NCBI GenBank assembly: GCA_964016885.1
Contig: OZ024750.1
Span: 44,082,001-44,146,000 of the forward strand
Reading direction: 5' to 3'
DNA length: 64,000 nucleotides
Source of the DNA: Eledone cirrhosa
Taxonomy: Eukaryota
The notes below the pieces were generated by a model, which saw only the letters and a program-made list of their open reading frames with translations, searched no databases and was not told where the DNA came from. Of the stretch, positions 51,996-64,000 are shown one piece after another. Made by a program: the position numbers and the translations under genes. Each line of letters starts with the position of its first letter. Within the stretch, counting starts at the first letter, position 1.

Positions 51996-53223
51996 TTGGA
52001 TTCGTAATCAGGAGATTGTGAGTTCGATTCACGGGCCTGGCGATGTGTTGTGTCCTTTTGCCCTATCCCACGTTGCTCCTTCTACCTGGAGTTGCGACCC
52101 ATAGTTGGTATTAGCAATTGAAAAAACCAATGGAAACATTCTTTCCTCGGTCCGATTTGACGAAAGTCGATCGAGTGTCGATATAAAATAGAAACAAATT
52201 AGATATATAATAAAGAAAATTCTATATTCGATATCTGAAGGGTAATATATATACACATTCACTCACACACACATACTTATATATATATACATTTATCAAC
52301 ATATCTATATATCTATTTATATTTGCATATGCATATGCATATGTATATCTATGTGAATGTGGAAGCAGTATCTCCGAATGTTTAAGAAGTTCTCTTCCCA
52401 AACATTAGCTTGGCGATATTATCCCAGTTGGGCAAATTTCATTTCTCATAGTCTTGTGATAGAAACTCGGTAGACGGAAACTCTATAGAAACATGTCGGG
52501 AGGAGTGTATCTGCAATTCAAAGAGCCAGCATTTCATACATTCTGCCACACTGGATCTACATTAAGAGTAATCGCGTCTGTGAAATGGTCAACAGTCTAT
52601 ATGTTAAGTATAAAATCAAAGGAAAAACTCACCTCATTTCCAACGTGAGGATGTAATTGTAAGAATTTGTCAATTCAATAACCCATCGAATATAACTTTT
52701 AGTAATTATAAGAAAATGAAAATACGTCGAATACCCGACATTATGATCGTAAGTGTAACAGACTTACCACTAGGCCACGCCGCTACAAACAGCGGGAGAA
52801 AGCAAAAGAGTAAATGAAAGTTAGATAGCTTGTAACATGTATAAACTCCTACATAGCAATATTTTAAAGTTCCATTATATAGATAAAACTTACCTTTTTG
52901 CCAGTGATTTCCCCTTGAGAATTTTCCACGTCCAAAGATAATTTCTCGTCATTTCTCAACAAATTTTATCTCACATGTTCTTCTAACACTGTTTGTTATT
53001 ATTTGATAACAACATTTCTCTTCTATTTATCATCTCTCTCTGTCTCTCTATCCCCCCTCTCTCTCTCTCTCACTCTCTCTCTCCCCCCTCTCTCTCTCTC
53101 TCCGCCACTGTCTTCCCCCTCTATATGTTGTATTTATACACAAAGGTAGAAATAATTCATTCATATATCAATATACAGAGAAAGAAATAGAGAGGCATAA
53201 GTAATATACATATATATATATAC

Positions 53224-53290
<67 letters not shown>

Positions 53291-53378
53291 CATACATATA
53301 TATACACTTATATATATATATACACACACATATATATATATATAAAAATATATATACATATACATACCTATATATACA

Positions 53379-53490
<112 letters not shown>

Positions 53491-53853
53491 CATATATATA
53501 CACTTATATATATAGAGAGAGATAGATAGATAGAGAGACAGTGACAGAGACAGATAGAGAGAGAGAAAGATAGAGAGAGAGAGGGACGGGGGAGAGATGT
53601 ATGGACGTATATATATATATATGTGTGTGTTTGTGTGTGTGGAAGTATGTGTGTACAGAACATGGGAGGCAAATTGATAGATTATCTATGTTCACATTTA
53701 ATATTTCACATCTCACGAGACTTATTCTATTTCCAAATATTTGGCAGAAATCAAATTATCTATATAGCATCAAATCTCTATACACAGAGACATATATACA
53801 CACAGACACACATACAGACAGGCATACATACACTCACACATACACACACATAC

Positions 53854-53912
<59 letters not shown>

Positions 53913-53920
53913 CACACACG

Positions 53921-53982
<62 letters not shown>

Positions 53983-54022
53983 TATATATAAGAACAAAAG
54001 ATGGTTAGAGGAGTTCCATGTA

Positions 54023-54089
54023 TTTTATTATGCGCATTTCAAAAACAAATATCATCATGCAATAATATTTGTGTTTTCATCAGATAAAA
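54023..54089 (-). ncRNA. Hammerhead ribozyme motif with intact core, in element 53989-54149 (sister of 45625-45691)
   Basis: Same fold. A G-U pair in stem II of the other copy is A-U here. Confidence 0.82.
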
Positions 54090-54535
54090 CAGGAGGACAT
54101 GATATGAAGGCTAAAAAACACTTGTGGATAGTTCAGTTTTAAATCAACATATATATAAGTATATATATATTGCACACGGTACCATAACAGAACTGTTTCA
54201 TCATTCATTTGTTCTCATTCTGAGGCAGTTTTGAATGGCGCAAGTTGGTAATTTTAACTCGGGAATTTAATATTCTCCGAGAGAGAAAAGCCTTCTGACG
54301 ATGATCTCTTTTTCAATAGAAATTCACTTGGATTATCTATTTTTTGCTGATTTTTTGCTGATCTGAAACCTCGGTTTGCATATGTTTGCATATCGAAGAC
54401 TTCTCCTTTCGTTTACCTTTCATCCTTATGGGGTCGATGAAATAAAATAGCAGTAATACACTGGGATAATTGGTGGCCTTGCACCAAATGTAGAAACAAT
54501 TTATATATACATATATATGTATATATTTATACATG

Positions 54536-54573
<38 letters not shown>

Positions 54574-54586
54574 TGTGTGTGTATAA

Positions 54587-54666
<80 letters not shown>

Positions 54667-54793
54667 GTGAGGTCTTTTTTACAAAATGAAAAATAACCGA
54701 AGTGTCCTACACGAGTTAATGTATAAGGAAAACAGATGAAATCGAAAATGCAACTGGAGTCTTTTTTTTTTTAAATATATATTTATTTGGTTC

Positions 54794-54829
54794 CTTTACC
54801 GGTTTCGCAGTTCTTCTGCTTTTCAAAAG
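54794..54829 (-). ncRNA. Minimal hammerhead motif, U3-A8 core variant
   Basis: Minus strand CUU-UUGAAAA-GCAG aagaa CUGC-GAAAC cg GUA-AAG. Palindromic ACCGGU in stem III. Confidence 0.68.
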
Positions 54830-55074
54830 TAGAATTGAGATGGAGGGTTTGTCGTTTTCCTCACGCGTAAGAAAAACCCCAAACCCAAATAAATATATAT
54901 TTAAAAAAAAGAAGACTCCAGTTGCATTTTCGATTTCATATTTTTTCCCTAAGGTAACACACTAGAGAGAGAGTGTGCCATCAATAAAACAGGGAAAACC
55001 ACCAGTGTATGGAATCTATACTCTATCGAAGGCAGGGTAGGCACACAATGTATATACGCTATAACTATATTACA

Positions 55075-55155
55075 CACACGTACACATCTAAAGAGATCTG
55101 TTTCGCCAGGAGGTAGTTGACTGAAATGGAATACCCTATGGCTCTTTACCGCGTG
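55075..55155 (-). ncRNA. Hammerhead motif with long stem II, decayed core
   Basis: Minus strand CACGCG-GUAAAGA-GCCA...UGGC-GAAACA...UGUA-CGUGUG. Homologue of 60528-60605. Confidence 0.6.
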
Positions 55156-57182
55156 CAAGACAATTCTAAAAGAATATAAAGCGACCGTCTAGCTACACGC
55201 GGCAGAGAAATGTCACAGCGTATTTAGGGCAGTGAACCAGTGGTGTCTGGGGGACGAGCTGCTAGAAAGGGCAGCCCAAAACCATTCAGAGAAGTGTGCT
55301 CAACCAAACAGAGAGAGAGGAAAGACTGTTATAAGGAGTGAAATATCACAGCGAATAGACTCTCGTTATTCCCTGTCAATAATATGCTCAAAGGAGAAGG
55401 AATCCTGAGCTCTTTAAAATACAATATGTTGAAAAGGTAACACACTAGAGAGAGAGTGTGCCATCAATAAAACAGGGAAAACCACCAGTGAATGGAATCT
55501 ATACTCTATGGAAAGCAGGGTAGACACACAATAATTAAAAATATAAATTAAAATGTATATAGGCACCTCTATAACTATATAACACACGCGTACACATCCA
55601 AAGAGATCTGGGGTGTCGTTGATATAGGTTGTACCTAGCTTACTAGTCCAAAGGCACAGTAGCAATTGTAGCAAAAGCTAAGGAGACAGATAAAGGAAAC
55701 ATCAGCGCTCGTCAGTAAGAAAGTGAGATTAATGTGCTGGTGAGTTGTTATCAATCAGCTGGATGTTGTGTGGGAAAACTTACATATCTTAGAATCCTCT
55801 TTCTTATGAATCTGTTAATTAAATAAGATATGTTAGAGTATAATTAGATAGCAATGTTCCCCAAATAAAGAAATCTGTTTTGAGAACATAAATAAAGATG
55901 AATATTTTAGTTGATTCCAATGTGTTGGTAGAGTAAAGACTACATTAAATATACTACTAAAAATGATAGCAGAATCAAATGTCCTCATCACAGATATTTT
56001 GGACAAGCTAGAGGCTAACAGGAACAAAATAAGAAAGCAAATATGATTTTGACTGTGTTATACGTAAGCAAAATTAGGTTCGTGAGAAATTAGAGGGGTT
56101 CTCCTGACTGGAAAAAATAAAATAAATGTGAACAATAAAAGTCAGTTTTCAGAAGGGGAAAAGAGCAACCCCCCCCCCCCCCCAAAAAAAAAACAGAAAG
56201 AAAACAACACCATACAAAACAATAAGTCAAAATGTTCGAAGCTTTCAGCACTGTCATCAAGCAGAATAAGATGAAAATATCTATAAAACATGCTGCATGC
56301 ACTTAAGGAATTTGTCGCTAGAAGCGTCTTTCTTTCGTTGTAAGAATCCTGGTTGGATAGAGAAAAATGTTGATTATCCAATCAAATTCTTTGATGTCAT
56401 TTGACGGCCACAAAACATGGATGACACGTAACTTAGGGCAAAGAGATAGCAAGATTGGTGATAATCTCTATATTTGTTCAGCTAATGACGGTGATAAGAT
56501 AGCTGGTTCCATTTGTTATGATATTTATTTTACATTTTAAAGTAGACCTAACAACAGGCACCAGAGAACATTGCCTAAGGTACTAGCAAGTCAACGCTGA
56601 TTCCAACAGAACATTTGTTTTTTTGTTGTTAATTTTTTGAGTTCGCCATTTTTTTCTTCTTCTCTTGCTTATAACTATGATGGCTCTAGATATCTATGTT
56701 AAATAATATAAGTGAAACCGAAGAAAATTAGATATAATCTATTAGTTGTCATACTAGCAGCTATACGATTTCAGTGACAATCATGAAAATAATGAATAAC
56801 AAATAAACGGTTATGCTAATTCTAGCTTGTTATAAAGCGTTGTCTTCCAGTTGATTAGTGTATAGCAGGTTTTTAATAACTCTTTGATTCGAAGTAGGTA
56901 ACTGATAGAAAAAAACAAACAAATAAACAAAAACGCAAACAAAAATTAAACAAAAACAAAAAGCAATATGGCTGATAATTAATATTTTTCTAGACTAATC
57001 TGACTAAAAGCGTATGACAGCATCTTTATAATAACGCGTGTGAATATTGTTTCGTACGAGTTACAGCCTCTATAGTGAAGAAGAAAAATATTAAATAAAA
57101 TATAATTTAACAAAAAATAAACACAACATGAAACAACTAATTACATGTTGGCAATTTATTCTCTCTCGTGATTATTACTGGT

Positions 57183-57259
<77 letters not shown>

Positions 57260-57311
57260 CATAGGCAAACACATATGTATATATATGTATATATATGTAT
57301 ATATATATGTA

Positions 57312-57369
<58 letters not shown>

Positions 57370-57373
57370 TACA

Positions 57374-57428
<55 letters not shown>

Positions 57429-57429
57429 C

Positions 57430-57465
<36 letters not shown>

Positions 57466-58056
57466 GTATGTGTGCGTGTGTGTGTGTGTGTGCATGTGTA
57501 TGTGCGTGTATGTGTGTGTATGTATGTATGTATATACGTGTGTGTATGTGTGTACATTGTTTTGGCCATACTGCTTGCTAACTCTATAAGTTGCTTCAAT
57601 TTCAGTAAATATATGCTAATTATGTTCCATTAGCGAAGCAACGAGAAAAATAAAGCAGTTCTGTAGGATAATTAAATAGAGAGTCCTCCGAGGAGAGAAT
57701 TTCATTAGCTAGACAATAGCAGCAGATATTTCAAATAGAGCTTGTGGTTTAAAAATAAAAAATCTTGTCAATGTTGAACATATTTTTTATACGGTAAGCA
57801 TTTCAATTTGTCCTTTGGGGGGTTTATTAATTTATGAGCTAGGTATTTATTATTTTTCGTTTTAAACTTGCAGATACAATAGCAACGAAACAGATATTAC
57901 ATCAATATTGTAAGTATCTATAAACACGACAAATAAAATAAAAATGGTAGAAAAATTGAATAAAATAAACTACAATAAATGAAATATATTAGAAAGTATA
58001 TAAACTTTGTAGTAAAGAATTTCTTTGATGAACATTTTGAAATCCCTCCATCAAAT

Positions 58057-58215
58057 AATTGTTTCTACATTTGGCACAAGGCCAGCAATTTTCCCAGTGC
58101 ATTACTGGTACTTTATTTTATCGACGCCGTGCAATTATTCTAGTGCATTACTGGTACTTTATTTTATCGACCCCGTAATGATGAAAGCCAAAGTTGATCT
58201 CGACAGGATTCGAAC
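58057..58215 (-). mobile_element. Partial tRNA-derived SINE with an internal duplication (another partial + copy at about 54411-54500)
   Basis: Same body as the 16352 family. Confidence 0.8.
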
Positions 58216-58314
58216 TGTATATATGTATATGTATACACATACACACCCACACCCCCACACACACATATATACATATATATATACATATATATATATACAT
58301 ATATATAAATATAC

Positions 58315-58345
<31 letters not shown>

Positions 58346-58579
58346 CAATTATATATATATATATATACACACACATATATATATATATAACGAACGAAGT
58401 TTTGTAAGGAACGAGATGGACCATAACCGACCAGAGTACTCAATATTTAGAGTAGTAGAGTGGGTAATAGGAATAATGTTTGACCCCGACGGCAGAACTC
58501 AAGCCGTCTCGACGGCTATTTCTGGACTGAAATAGCCCTCGAAACAGCTTGAGGTCTGCCGTCGGGGTCAAACATTTTT

Positions 58580-58680
<101 letters not shown>

Positions 58681-59492
58681 GTGGTTACACAACAGTTAGT
58701 TCACCATCCTCAGCTCGTAATGGGCAAGTTATGAATGAGAGTTGGAAATTAGAACTAAAAATTAAAAATTAAAAAATTAAAAATCGAAAATCAGAAATCA
58801 AATATCAAAAATTAGAAATTAATAATTAATAATTAAAAATTACAGAATTTTCAAGTGAGAATCTAGATTGAGGTGAGTAAAAAAATATAGAAGTGAGTAA
58901 ATAATATATGCACCTATACTATCTACTACGTAGAGAGATGTTTAAGTAAGGAGTTTTGAAAGGGGTATTAATGTTACAGTTATATTATCTACATACTGAA
59001 CGATAGTACTGTACAGTAGAACGGAGGGTAATTTACTGTATGAAAGGTAGTAGTTAGTCGGGTACATAGTTAGAATTTCTATCAAATGGAACAAAACCCC
59101 AAAAAAACAGATATAAAGTACACAAAAGAAAAAAACTAATAAATGCAAAATACACATACAGTACATATATGCAAAATGAGATAGATGATTAATATGATTG
59201 TCAATTTGTCCATATATAGATTGAATTGAGGGGCTTCTGTTCAAATGCGATTTGGTGCAGGAAAATAGGGGTTTATCGGTGTTTTTGTTTCCGCGTAATT
59301 ATCCTGTCGAAAGTTATTATTATGTCCGTCCAGTATCAGGGATTTCCATCCCCATGGTAGAGGGAATTTCCGGGTGTAGCTGGTGGCTGGTTCCACTCTT
59401 CTCCACTATATCGGTTACATCATAAAGCGCTCAACTAATTAAAGCTAATTTCTTAGGGTAAACATTGATGCAATTCAATTCAAGCACTCAAC

Positions 59493-59528
<36 letters not shown>

Positions 59529-59611
59529 GTATAGAATTAGCCACCGTGGAAACATTTGTAAGCACACGGAATAAATTACCTTTTTATGATGTCTACCTGT
59601 TATTATTCATT

Positions 59612-59723
<112 letters not shown>

Positions 59724-60304
59724 TTTAAAAAATAGAGGTGTAACACACGAGTTGTAATATATTAGTAAAAGGAAAAGAAAATGCTGACAAATTTTTCCCA
59801 CTGAAAAATAGTTTAATTAGGAATAAGTATAAATTAGTAATAAGTATTGGTTAGTATTCAGTTTTAGTTTTAAGTTTATACCGGTTGCGCATTTCTTATG
59901 CTTTTCAAAAATAATTTTGAGATAGAGCGCCTGTGATATTTGCCCTAATCTGGAGCAAACATCACGGGCGCTCTATCTCAAAATTATTTTTGAAAAGCAT
60001 TAGAAATGCGCAACCGGTATAAACTTAAATCTAAAACTGAATACTAACCAATACTTATTACTAATTTATACTTATTCCTAATTAAACTATTTATCACTGG
60101 GAAAAATTTGTCAGCATTTTCTTTTCCTTTTACTAATATACATATAAATAAATTAACCGAGTCATAAACTCGCGTTACTCCCTGTAAATTATAAGCTCAA
60201 AGGAAAAATAATCCTGGGCTCTTCAAATATAATATGTAGAAAAGATAATACACGACAGAGAGAGAGAGTAAAGAGAGAGAGAGAGCGAGAGAGAGAGAGA
60301 GAGA

Positions 60305-60390
<86 letters not shown>

Positions 60391-60527
60391 GTGTGAGTGT
60401 GTGTTTATCAATGTATAGGGAAACCCACCAGTGTATGGAATCTATAAACTACGAAAAGTGAGGGAGACGCATAATAATTTAAAATATAAATAAGAATGAA
60501 TTTACCCACCTTTATAACTATATATCA

Positions 60528-60605
60528 CACAAGTACAAACCCAAAGAGATTTGTTTCGCCAAGAGTTAGTGAACGCAATGAATCACCCAGGTTCATCAGC
60601 GTGTG
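60528..60605 (-). ncRNA. Hammerhead motif with intact core and long stem II
   Basis: Minus strand CACACG-CUGAUGA-aCCuGG..GUGA..UCAC..CUuGGc-GAAACAAA...UUUGUA-CUUGUG. Confidence 0.7.
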
Positions 60606-60806
60606 GTAAGTGAATACATTCCAGACAATTCCAAGAGAACTTAAGATAAATGCCTTGCAACACATGGTAGAGAGAAGGTAATGTGTGCAAGCGGCACTAA
60701 ACCAGTGGCCTGGGGGGGGTGGGGGGGTTAGAAATCGCAGCCCCAAACAACTCAAATAAGGCTGCTCTACTAAAGAGAGAGAGCGAGAGAGAGAGAGAGA
60801 GAGAGA

Positions 60807-60876
<70 letters not shown>

Positions 60877-60927
60877 AGACTGTTAGGAGCAATGAGCAAA
60901 CATCACGGACGCTCTATCTCAAAATTA

Positions 60928-60964
60928 TTTTTGAAAAGCATTTAGAAATGCGCAACCGGTAAAA
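60928..60964 (+). ncRNA. Minimal hammerhead-like motif with UUGAAAA/GCAA core (also + at 59987-60022 and - at 59876-59911)
   Basis: UUU-UUGAAAA-GCAU uuagaa AUGC-GCAAC cg GUA-AAA. Homologous to 54794-54829 with a compensatory change in stem II. Confidence 0.58.
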
Positions 60965-61111
60965 CTTAAAACCAAAATTGAATACTAACCAATAGAATTA
61001 CTAATTCTCATTTACTCCTAATTAAACTATTTTTCACTGTGAACAATTTGTCAGCATCTTCTATTCCGTTTACCAATATATAATAACTTGTGTGTTACAC
61101 CTCTATTCTTT

Positions 61112-61188
<77 letters not shown>

Positions 61189-61199
61189 GGGTTTTCACC

Positions 61200-61466
61200 C
61201 TAAACTCTATGCCACAAAGCATATTCTCCGACGCCCAAATGATTGTCCCAATCCATCGCCCTTAATAATAATAATAATTGTTTCTACTTTAGGCACAAGG
61301 CCAGCAAATTATCCAGTACATTACTGGTACTTTATTTCATCGACCCCGTAAGGATGAAAGGCAAATTTAACCTCGGCGGGATTTGAACTCAGAATGGCAA
61401 GGGCCGTAACTCTATACGTCAAAGCATAGCGTCCGACCCTCTACCGATACTGCCAATCCACCGCCC

Positions 61467-61534
<68 letters not shown>

Positions 61535-62697
61535 TAATTGCTCTGCCTTTAGCACAAGGTCAGCAATTTGCAAGAAAGGGGAAATTGGTATTTTATCGTC
61601 CCGGCTGGAATGAAAGGTAAAGTTGTTCTCGGCGAGATTTGATGCCCAAATCTAACGAGACGAAAGAAATACCGCAAAGCATGTTGTCCGACGCTCTACC
61701 GATCCAGCTTCCTTCTATGGCTTCTAATAATGGTTTCTGATTTAGGCACAAGGCCAGCAATTTGAAGAGAAGTTGATTAAATAGATAAAAGGCAAAGCAA
61801 ACATTGATGGCATATGAACTCAGTGAATTACTGGTACTTTATTTTATCGGTACCGTAAGGATGAAAGGTAAAGTTAACCTCGGCGGGATTTGAACTTAGA
61901 CCATAAAAGGCCGTAACTCTATGCTGCAAAGCATGGTGTCCGACCCTCTACCGATACTGCTAATCCACCGGCCTTTACAACCCTCATAATAATAAAATCA
62001 TCATAGAATAATAATTGTTTCTACTTTAGGCAAAAGGTCATCAAATTACCCAGTTCATTACTGGTACTTTATTTTATCGACCCCGTAAGGATGAAAGGCA
62101 AAGTCAACCTCGGCGGGATTTAAACTCAGATCGTAAAGGGACGTAACTATGCTGGAAAGCATGGCGTCCGACCCTCCACCGATACTGCCAATTCACCGCC
62201 CTTTATCATAGAATAATAATAATAACAATAATTGTTTCTACTTTTGGCACAAGGCCAGCAATTATTCCAGTGTATTACTGGTACTTTGTTTTATCGACCC
62301 CGTAAGGATGAAAAACAAAGTTAATCTCGGCGGGATTTGAACTTACAATGTCAAGGGCTGTAACTCTTTGCTTGCAAAGCATGGCGTCCGACACTCTATC
62401 GATACCGCCAATCCACCGCCCTAAAATGAAGGTCTTTCGAGCTTGCCAGGAGTCGAACCTGGAATCTCCTGATCCGTAGTCAGGCGCGTTATCCATAATG
62501 ATAGTATCAATTGTAATAATTGTTTCTACTTTTAGCACAAGGCCAGCAATTACCCCAGTGTATTACTGGTACTTTATTTTATCGACCCTGTAAGGATGAA
62601 AGGCAAAGTTAACCTCCGCGGGATTTGAACTCAGATCATAAAGGGCCGTAACTCTATGCTGAAATGCATGGCGTCCGACCCTCTACCGATACAGACA
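61200..62697 (-). mobile_element. Same-orientation cluster of about seven tRNA-derived SINE copies or fragments
   Basis: Repeated ACTGGTACTTTATTTTATCGACCCCGTAAGGATGAAAGGCAAAGTTAACCTCGGCGGGATTTGAACTC separated by (AAT)n. Confidence 0.9.
62438..62496 (-). pseudogene. 5'-truncated tRNA-Arg(ACG)
   Basis: Minus strand ATGGATAACGCGCCTGACTACGGATCAGGAGATTCCAGGTTCGACTCCTGGCAAGCTCG. Anticodon arm CCTGA/TCAGG with ACG and T arm CCAGG/CCTGG are present; about the first 14 nt are absent. Confidence 0.88.
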
Positions 62698-62889
62698 ATT
62701 GTAATAATTGTTATCAGACATTATAAATCCTATTTCCACTGATATTTAAATGTTATTTGCTAGGAATTGGTTCATATTCATAGAGATCGATAACTTTTAA
62801 TATTTACTGCGAATCTATAATATATTGATTGCTTTTGACAAAATAATATATCAAAGTTTGTGAAGAGAGTTATGAAGTATATAATGAAG

Positions 62890-63430
62890 GGGGTGGTGTG
62901 GTGGTGGTGGTGGTGGTGGTGTGGTGGTGATGTGGTGGTGATGTGGTGGTGGTGGTGGTGGAGAGGTGGTGTGGTGGTGATGGGGTGGTGGTGGTGGTGG
63001 TGGTGGTGTAATGGTGGTGTGGTGGTGATGTGGTGGTGGTGGTGGTTGTGGTGGTGGTGGTGGTGGTGTAGAGATGGTGTAGTGGTGATGTGGTGGTGGT
63101 GGTGGTGGTAGTGGTGGTGATGTGGTGGTGGTGGTGGTGGTGGTGTAGATGTGGTGGTGATGTGGTGGTGGTGGTGGTGATGGTGTAGATGTGGTGCGGT
63201 GTTGGTGGTGGTGGTAGTGTGGTGGTGTGGGGTGGTGGTGTTTGAGGTGTGGTGGTGGTGTGGTGGTGTGGTGGTGGTGTGGTGGTGTGGTGGTGTGGTG
63301 GTGGTCGTGTGGTGGTGTAGTGATGGTGTGTTGGTGTGGTAATAATGTGGCGGTGATGTTGTGGTGATGTAGTGGTTAGGTGGTGGTGAGGCTGTTGTGA
63401 GGTGGCGGTAAGGTGTTGGTGAGGTGGTAG
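62890..63430. repeat. (GGT)n/(GTGTG) low-complexity tract
   Basis: Direct inspection. Confidence 0.9.
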
Positions 63431-64000
63431 TACAGTGCTGGTGCAGTGATGATCACGTAGTGGTATTTTGGGAAGTAGACGGGTGTGTTATGGGGGAGGT
63501 GCACTCAAATAAAATCTGATATATTTTACTATTATTTACTAAATCGATTTCATTGAAAATATGCAATATAAGAAGCAAATTCGATCTCCAGCAACATTTA
63601 AAAAATTGTACAATATGGCGTTGATCTTAAGATACTGTAAATTATCTATGTCTGTAGACGTCTGTTATTTCCAATCTGATTGATATCGATCTTTGTTGTC
63701 TGTTGTATGTCGTTCTCTTTTTCTCTCTCTCTCTCTCTTCCCCCTCTCTCACTCCCACGCCTCTCTCTTCCCCCTCTATATGTGCATCTCCCTCTTCTCT
63801 CCTTCCATTCTCTCCCACCCTTCTTTCTATTAATTTAAGAGTTTCAGAAAGATCATCTCTGATCAAGTAGATCTAAGATCAAAGACATTCCAGCCGTGAC
63901 CACCCTGCGTTTATTTTATATTTCAAGTAAACAGGGTCCACTCATTCAACGCATTCCTTCTATGATGTAATTATGTGATTTGAGAGATATTAAGCAGGTA

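Larger units (their letters stand above)
54661..55610. mobile_element. Non-coding hammerhead-bearing element with a terminal fold-back and partial tandem duplication
   Basis: Inverted repeat at about 54737-54790 / 54886-54939, direct repeat at 54951-55100 / 55433-55610, and hammerhead motifs at 54794-54829 and 55075-55155. Homologous to 59724-61113. Confidence 0.75.
59724..61113. mobile_element. Non-coding A'-A-B-A element (inverted plus direct repeats of about 190-220 bp) flanked by (TA)n; Penelope-pLTR/retrozyme-like
   Basis: 59760-59943 is the reverse complement of 59955-60140, which is repeated at 60896-61080. The outer ends 59724-59760 and 61080-61113 are also complementary. Confidence 0.85.

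Noticed and set aside
62860-63430. G-rich tract as a telomere or poly-W ORF
   Set aside because: Irregular GGT/GTGTG repeat with no TTAGGG units.

Overview
This is a repeat-saturated eukaryotic window with no confidently identifiable host gene. The (TA)n/(CA)n/(GA)n density and SINE families suggest an octopus or other cephalopod; that is inference from recalled repeat sequences, not a database result. The real coding content is three non-LTR retrotransposons: a near-intact RTE-clade LINE with one frameshift (about 1872-5179), a Tx1/L1-clade ORF2 cut by a 200-N gap (14268-16046), and an intact Tx1/L1-clade ORF2 (37977-41438). Almost all other listed ORFs are microsatellite translations. Also present are tRNA-derived SINE clusters, several tandem arrays (90, about 63, about 143-151 and 21 bp units), a hAT-like MITE and a truncated tRNA-Arg(ACG). 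The main hidden signal is non-coding. Reading both strands by hand gives more than 15 intact or decayed type I hammerhead ribozyme motifs from several sequence families. They sit in small, often fold-back elements, mostly embedded in (TA)n tracts, and resemble Penelope pseudo-LTRs or retrozymes. One 1.4-kb element (59724-61113) has direct-repeat hammerhead motifs delimiting a 942-nt unit that carries a second, different hammerhead on the opposite strand, a viroid-like ambisense layout. All folds are manual and no activity is demonstrated.
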